From: an uncultured Spirochaetia bacterium
GTDB lineage: Bacteria > Spirochaetota > Spirochaetia > CAZBHR01
Length of the DNA: 64,000 nt
Assembly: GCA_964492025.1 (NCBI GenBank)
Contig: CAZBHR010000001.1
Coordinates: 156,315-220,314, forward strand
Direction: 5' to 3'
Position 1 is the first letter of the stretch; every line of letters begins with the position of its first letter. This document shows positions 61,385 through 64,000 of the stretch, piece after piece. The position numbers and the translations under genes were made by a program. Under the pieces are notes generated by a model. It saw only the letters and a list, made by a program, of their open reading frames with translations. It did no database searches and was not told the origin of the DNA.

Positions 61385-62269
61385 TTAGAGGTGTAGTGCT
61401 TTTTGCCAATCAATATCCCTAAACCAAAAGATGTGGAGCAGGTAGGAGCAAATAGCTATTGGCATTAAAATGGCAAAGGTTATCAAAGACCAATCTATGG
61501 TTTGAGATATAATCAAATTGAGCCCCATAAGAAATAGAGTTACCATGAGAAATCCCCACCCAATAATATTTAATCCCTTTCGTCGCACAACACTGGAATA
61601 GGCAAATTGGGAGATAAGCACTGCCATAATAAGAGCTGGAACAAGGGACCAGCCAAGAGGGAGTCCACCGAGAAAAAAGTCTAACCCCAGAAGATAAACC
61701 CCTACTGCTAAAAATGAACCATTTACAATACTTACCCACCCTCTTCTCAGGTAGATAATGTATATTGCAAGAACCTCAATTACAATGAGTGTCCATAGTT
61801 CAATACTACTATTCATATTCCACTCAATGGTACTTTGTTCTAGCAAGTTCAACACAAACTCAAGCAGAAAAAAGAGAGCCAAGGTAATTGTAATACCTAC
61901 AATAGGCTTTCTAGGCAGGAGAAAAAAAGTCATAAGAGAGAGTGAAATAAAGGAGACAGGAAACATAACATATATAGACCAAGTAATACGACGAGAAACT
62001 GCTAAATCAATTGCAAGGGTAATAGCAATTGGCAGTACAAAAATAAAGCCTGTAATAAGCAGACCTAACTTCTGCTTCTCCCGGGTAGTCATTTTTTTAT
62101 ATGTTCTTTGGGGACGTGTTTCTTGGTCAGGGTATAACTGCTCTACAGGAAGTAATGACTCCTCTTCGGCTCCATGTAGTCCAGGAATAGAGGCAATAGA
62201 AAATTTACAGAGAGGACAACTCTCCTCTTTACTACTCATTGAAACACCACACTTTGGACAGTAAATCAT
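61385..62269 (-). CDS. Zinc-ribbon plus multi-TM membrane protein (DUF6320-like)
   Basis: CPKCGV...CPLC N-terminus, then about 8 TM segments with repeated WS motifs. Confidence 0.7.
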   Translation of the reverse strand: MIYCPKCGVSMSSKEESCPLCKFSIASIPGLHGAEEESLLPVEQLYPDQETRPQRTYKKMTTREKQKLGLLITGFIFVLPIAITLAIDLAVSRRITWSIYVMFPVSFISLSLMTFFLLPRKPIVGITITLALFFLLEFVLNLLEQSTIEWNMNSSIELWTLIVIEVLAIYIIYLRRGWVSIVNGSFLAVGVYLLGLDFFLGGLPLGWSLVPALIMAVLISQFAYSSVVRRKGLNIIGWGFLMVTLFLMGLNLIISQTIDWSLITFAILMPIAICSYLLHIFWFRDIDWQKALHL

Positions 62270-62277
62270 ATATTCTC

Positions 62278-63561
62278 CTAATTCTCCGAAATTTTTACGG
62301 GGATCCCAAGGGATACAAGCTTGCGATAAAATATCTTTTCAAGATCCTTGCTATGAGACATGGAACCAAAAGCTATATTTGTAAGATTTCCACAGGTTGA
62401 TACGGTACAACCTTTTATTAAGTCACTTGGAGGGAATACAAAGGTAGCCATACTCATATACTCACCCATTGGACCATCCACCTTGATATCTCCTAAATTT
62501 GAGAGAGTCATAGTAATAGCACGATGACCCAATGACCGATAAGCTCTCTTAAGAATAATATCTTTTAAAAATCGAGGTAGAACTCGAATATATAGACTTG
62601 ATTCAGCCTCAACATTTCTACAAATCTGCTGCTTTAAGCTCCTATGATCAATCTCATTCCTCATATACCGCTGAACTCTATCAACTATTTCTTCAAACTT
62701 ATACCACCCTAGCCTAGGGTCTATTTCGGGCATAACATTTAATACAAAATTTCTCATAGTTTTTGATGGATACAGTTTTCTTAGGTTTATAGGAATATCA
62801 ATCCTTAGGGGTTTCTGCTTTTTCTCATATTTCGTTAAATCTTGTAAAGAAAAGAGCAGTACCGCAGTTAAAAAAGCACCTATGGTTGCTCCATATGTTT
62901 TAGCAACCGATTTAAGGGTGGCCGTTTCTACAAACCCATGGGTAACCAGATACTGTTTCTTAGGAATGCGTCCAGCTTTAGAGAAATGAAAGGCCTTATC
63001 CCTTTTAAGTGGTTTTGGAAGGTTTGGTGTATAGTATTGCAGAAAGGAGTCCTCAAACTCCTTTGGGTCAAGTGGTTCATCATCGCAACGAAGAACACTC
63101 CCCGTATCTCCCACGTCAATCCCCTGTAATACAAGATACTCTCGCACAACACCAAGTAAAAAATTCAAAGCTCCCGTTCCATCCGTAAGAAAGTGAGAAA
63201 ACTCTACATGCACTTGGTTGTTAAAGTACAAGACTCTAAGAGGGAGCTGCCCACGTTTTTTCAAAGGAATGTATCGGCAAGGGTAACATGAGTCTTTTTC
63301 TACGGGAGGATAAGTTTTTAACTCTTGAAGGTAATACCAGAAAAGCCCACGGCGTAACTGAACTTGATAGTATGGACAACGATCCATCATAAGGTTAACC
63401 GCTTGCTGCAGTACCTCTGGGTCTATTGAGCAGGTAAGCCCTACTCCAACCCGTAGCATTGTGGTGTATCGTTTTGTCAGAATGGGGGCAAAAATTTTAC
63501 CCGCATTATCAAGTCTAAACCATCTGGGGTCACCCAGCTGGTCTAATGCCTTTCTGTCCAT
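62278..63561 (-). CDS. CoA-dependent acyltransferase (alcohol acetyltransferase/condensation-like)
   Basis: WFRLDNAGKIF, RRGLFWYY, HFLTDG (HxxxDG), PINLR, LSNLG. Confidence 0.8.
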   Translation of the reverse strand: MDRKALDQLGDPRWFRLDNAGKIFAPILTKRYTTMLRVGVGLTCSIDPEVLQQAVNLMMDRCPYYQVQLRRGLFWYYLQELKTYPPVEKDSCYPCRYIPLKKRGQLPLRVLYFNNQVHVEFSHFLTDGTGALNFLLGVVREYLVLQGIDVGDTGSVLRCDDEPLDPKEFEDSFLQYYTPNLPKPLKRDKAFHFSKAGRIPKKQYLVTHGFVETATLKSVAKTYGATIGAFLTAVLLFSLQDLTKYEKKQKPLRIDIPINLRKLYPSKTMRNFVLNVMPEIDPRLGWYKFEEIVDRVQRYMRNEIDHRSLKQQICRNVEAESSLYIRVLPRFLKDIILKRAYRSLGHRAITMTLSNLGDIKVDGPMGEYMSMATFVFPPSDLIKGCTVSTCGNLTNIAFGSMSHSKDLEKIFYRKLVSLGIPVKISEN

Positions 63562-63636
63562 AGAGGGCAGTGTACTTCATAGGTCCAACTCTGACAAGGG
63601 TTTTCATAAAATTTAAAATAGAAGTTTTAATAGGTA

Positions 63637-63665
63637 TTGACAAGAATAGCGAAATTTATCATTAT
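63637..63665 (+). promoter_or_regulatory. tRNA-Asn promoter
   Basis: TTGACA-17-CATTAT with an AT-rich upstream element. Confidence 0.7.
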
Positions 63666-63676
63666 AGGTGAAGCAT

Positions 63677-63748
63677 TCCCCTTTAGCTCAGCGGTAGAGC
63701 GGGTGGCTGTTAACCACTAGGTCGGCAGTTCAAATCTGTCAGGGGGAG
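63677..63748 (+). tRNA. tRNA-Asn (GTT), CCA not encoded
   Basis: TCCCCTT/AGGGGGA acceptor, GGTGG-CTGTTAA-CCACT anticodon arm, GTTCAAAT T-loop. Confidence 0.95.
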
Positions 63749-63750
63749 AC

Positions 63751-63774
63751 GGGGCTCTTTTGAGCCCCTTTTTT
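63751..63774 (+). terminator. Terminator after tRNA-Asn
   Basis: GGGGCTC-TTTT-GAGCCCC-TTTTTT. Confidence 0.9.
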
Positions 63775-63858
63775 ATGCCAAAATCACACAGTAGATAATT
63801 ATCACTACTCCCCTTACTTCGAGTAGCCGAAGAGCGTATAAAGGGATATACTGTTTCT

Positions 63859-64000
63859 ATGCAAGATATACCTATAAATACAATGGACACATCCAATGCG
63901 GTATTAGATATTATCTTTCAAATGAAGATAAACTCCGTAATGAACAGTAGCCTTGTTACCGGCCACCGAGATCAAACCTTAAAAGAGATACAACTTATTA
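63859..64000 (+). CDS. 5' part of a probable CBS-domain protein (runs off the window edge)
   Basis: MQDIPINTMDTSNAVLDIIFQMKINSVMNSSLVTGHRDQTLKEIQLI; 'KI..VM...VT...TL.E' resembles a CBS start. Confidence 0.45.
   Translation, partial: MQDIPINTMDTSNAVLDIIFQMKINSVMNSSLVTGHRDQTLKEIQLI

Noticed and set aside
664-63155. Numerous 60-170 aa antisense or alternate-frame ORFs in the track
   Set aside because: They overlap well-supported genes and show no recognisable motifs; treated as shadow ORFs
1-64000. CRISPR array, IS/transposase, integron attC sites, retron or DGR
   Set aside because: No regularly spaced repeats and no cas, transposase, integrase or reverse transcriptase ORF seen

Overview
Core-genome window from a bacterium of roughly 40% GC (by eye). 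It is most likely an anaerobic spirochaete, inferred from gene orders such as rplU-rpmA-obgE-nadD-yqeK-LytR-rsfS, lepB-hemW, PEGA/FGE-smpB and polA-coaE-SPOR. It holds about 55 CDS: PFOR, pta, translation factors, a nucleoside ABC transporter with PNP and MtnA, a two-component system with an ABC exporter, hisG/hisD, and a riboflavin ECF transporter under an FMN riboswitch. It also has tRNA-Pro(GGG), tRNA-Asn(GTT) and many intrinsic terminators. I saw no CRISPR array, integrase, transposase or rRNA. Most notable: (1) nine genes have a sigma70-type promoter whose -10 box ends 6-7 nt before an ATG with no room for a Shine-Dalgarno leader, suggesting widespread leaderless mRNAs; (2) an orphan 834-aa GHKL/MORC-like ATPase overlaps a prenyltransferase gene; (3) an intact xanthine-dehydrogenase-like three-gene set has a Mo subunit that seems to lack the catalytic motifs; (4) mtnA is divergent from a nucleoside-uptake cluster led by an unknown lipoprotein; (5) a deletion scar joins MFS and FadR remnants; (6) a response regulator probably starts at ATT, with its own binding repeats upstream. 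All family calls come from reading motifs by eye, with no database search.
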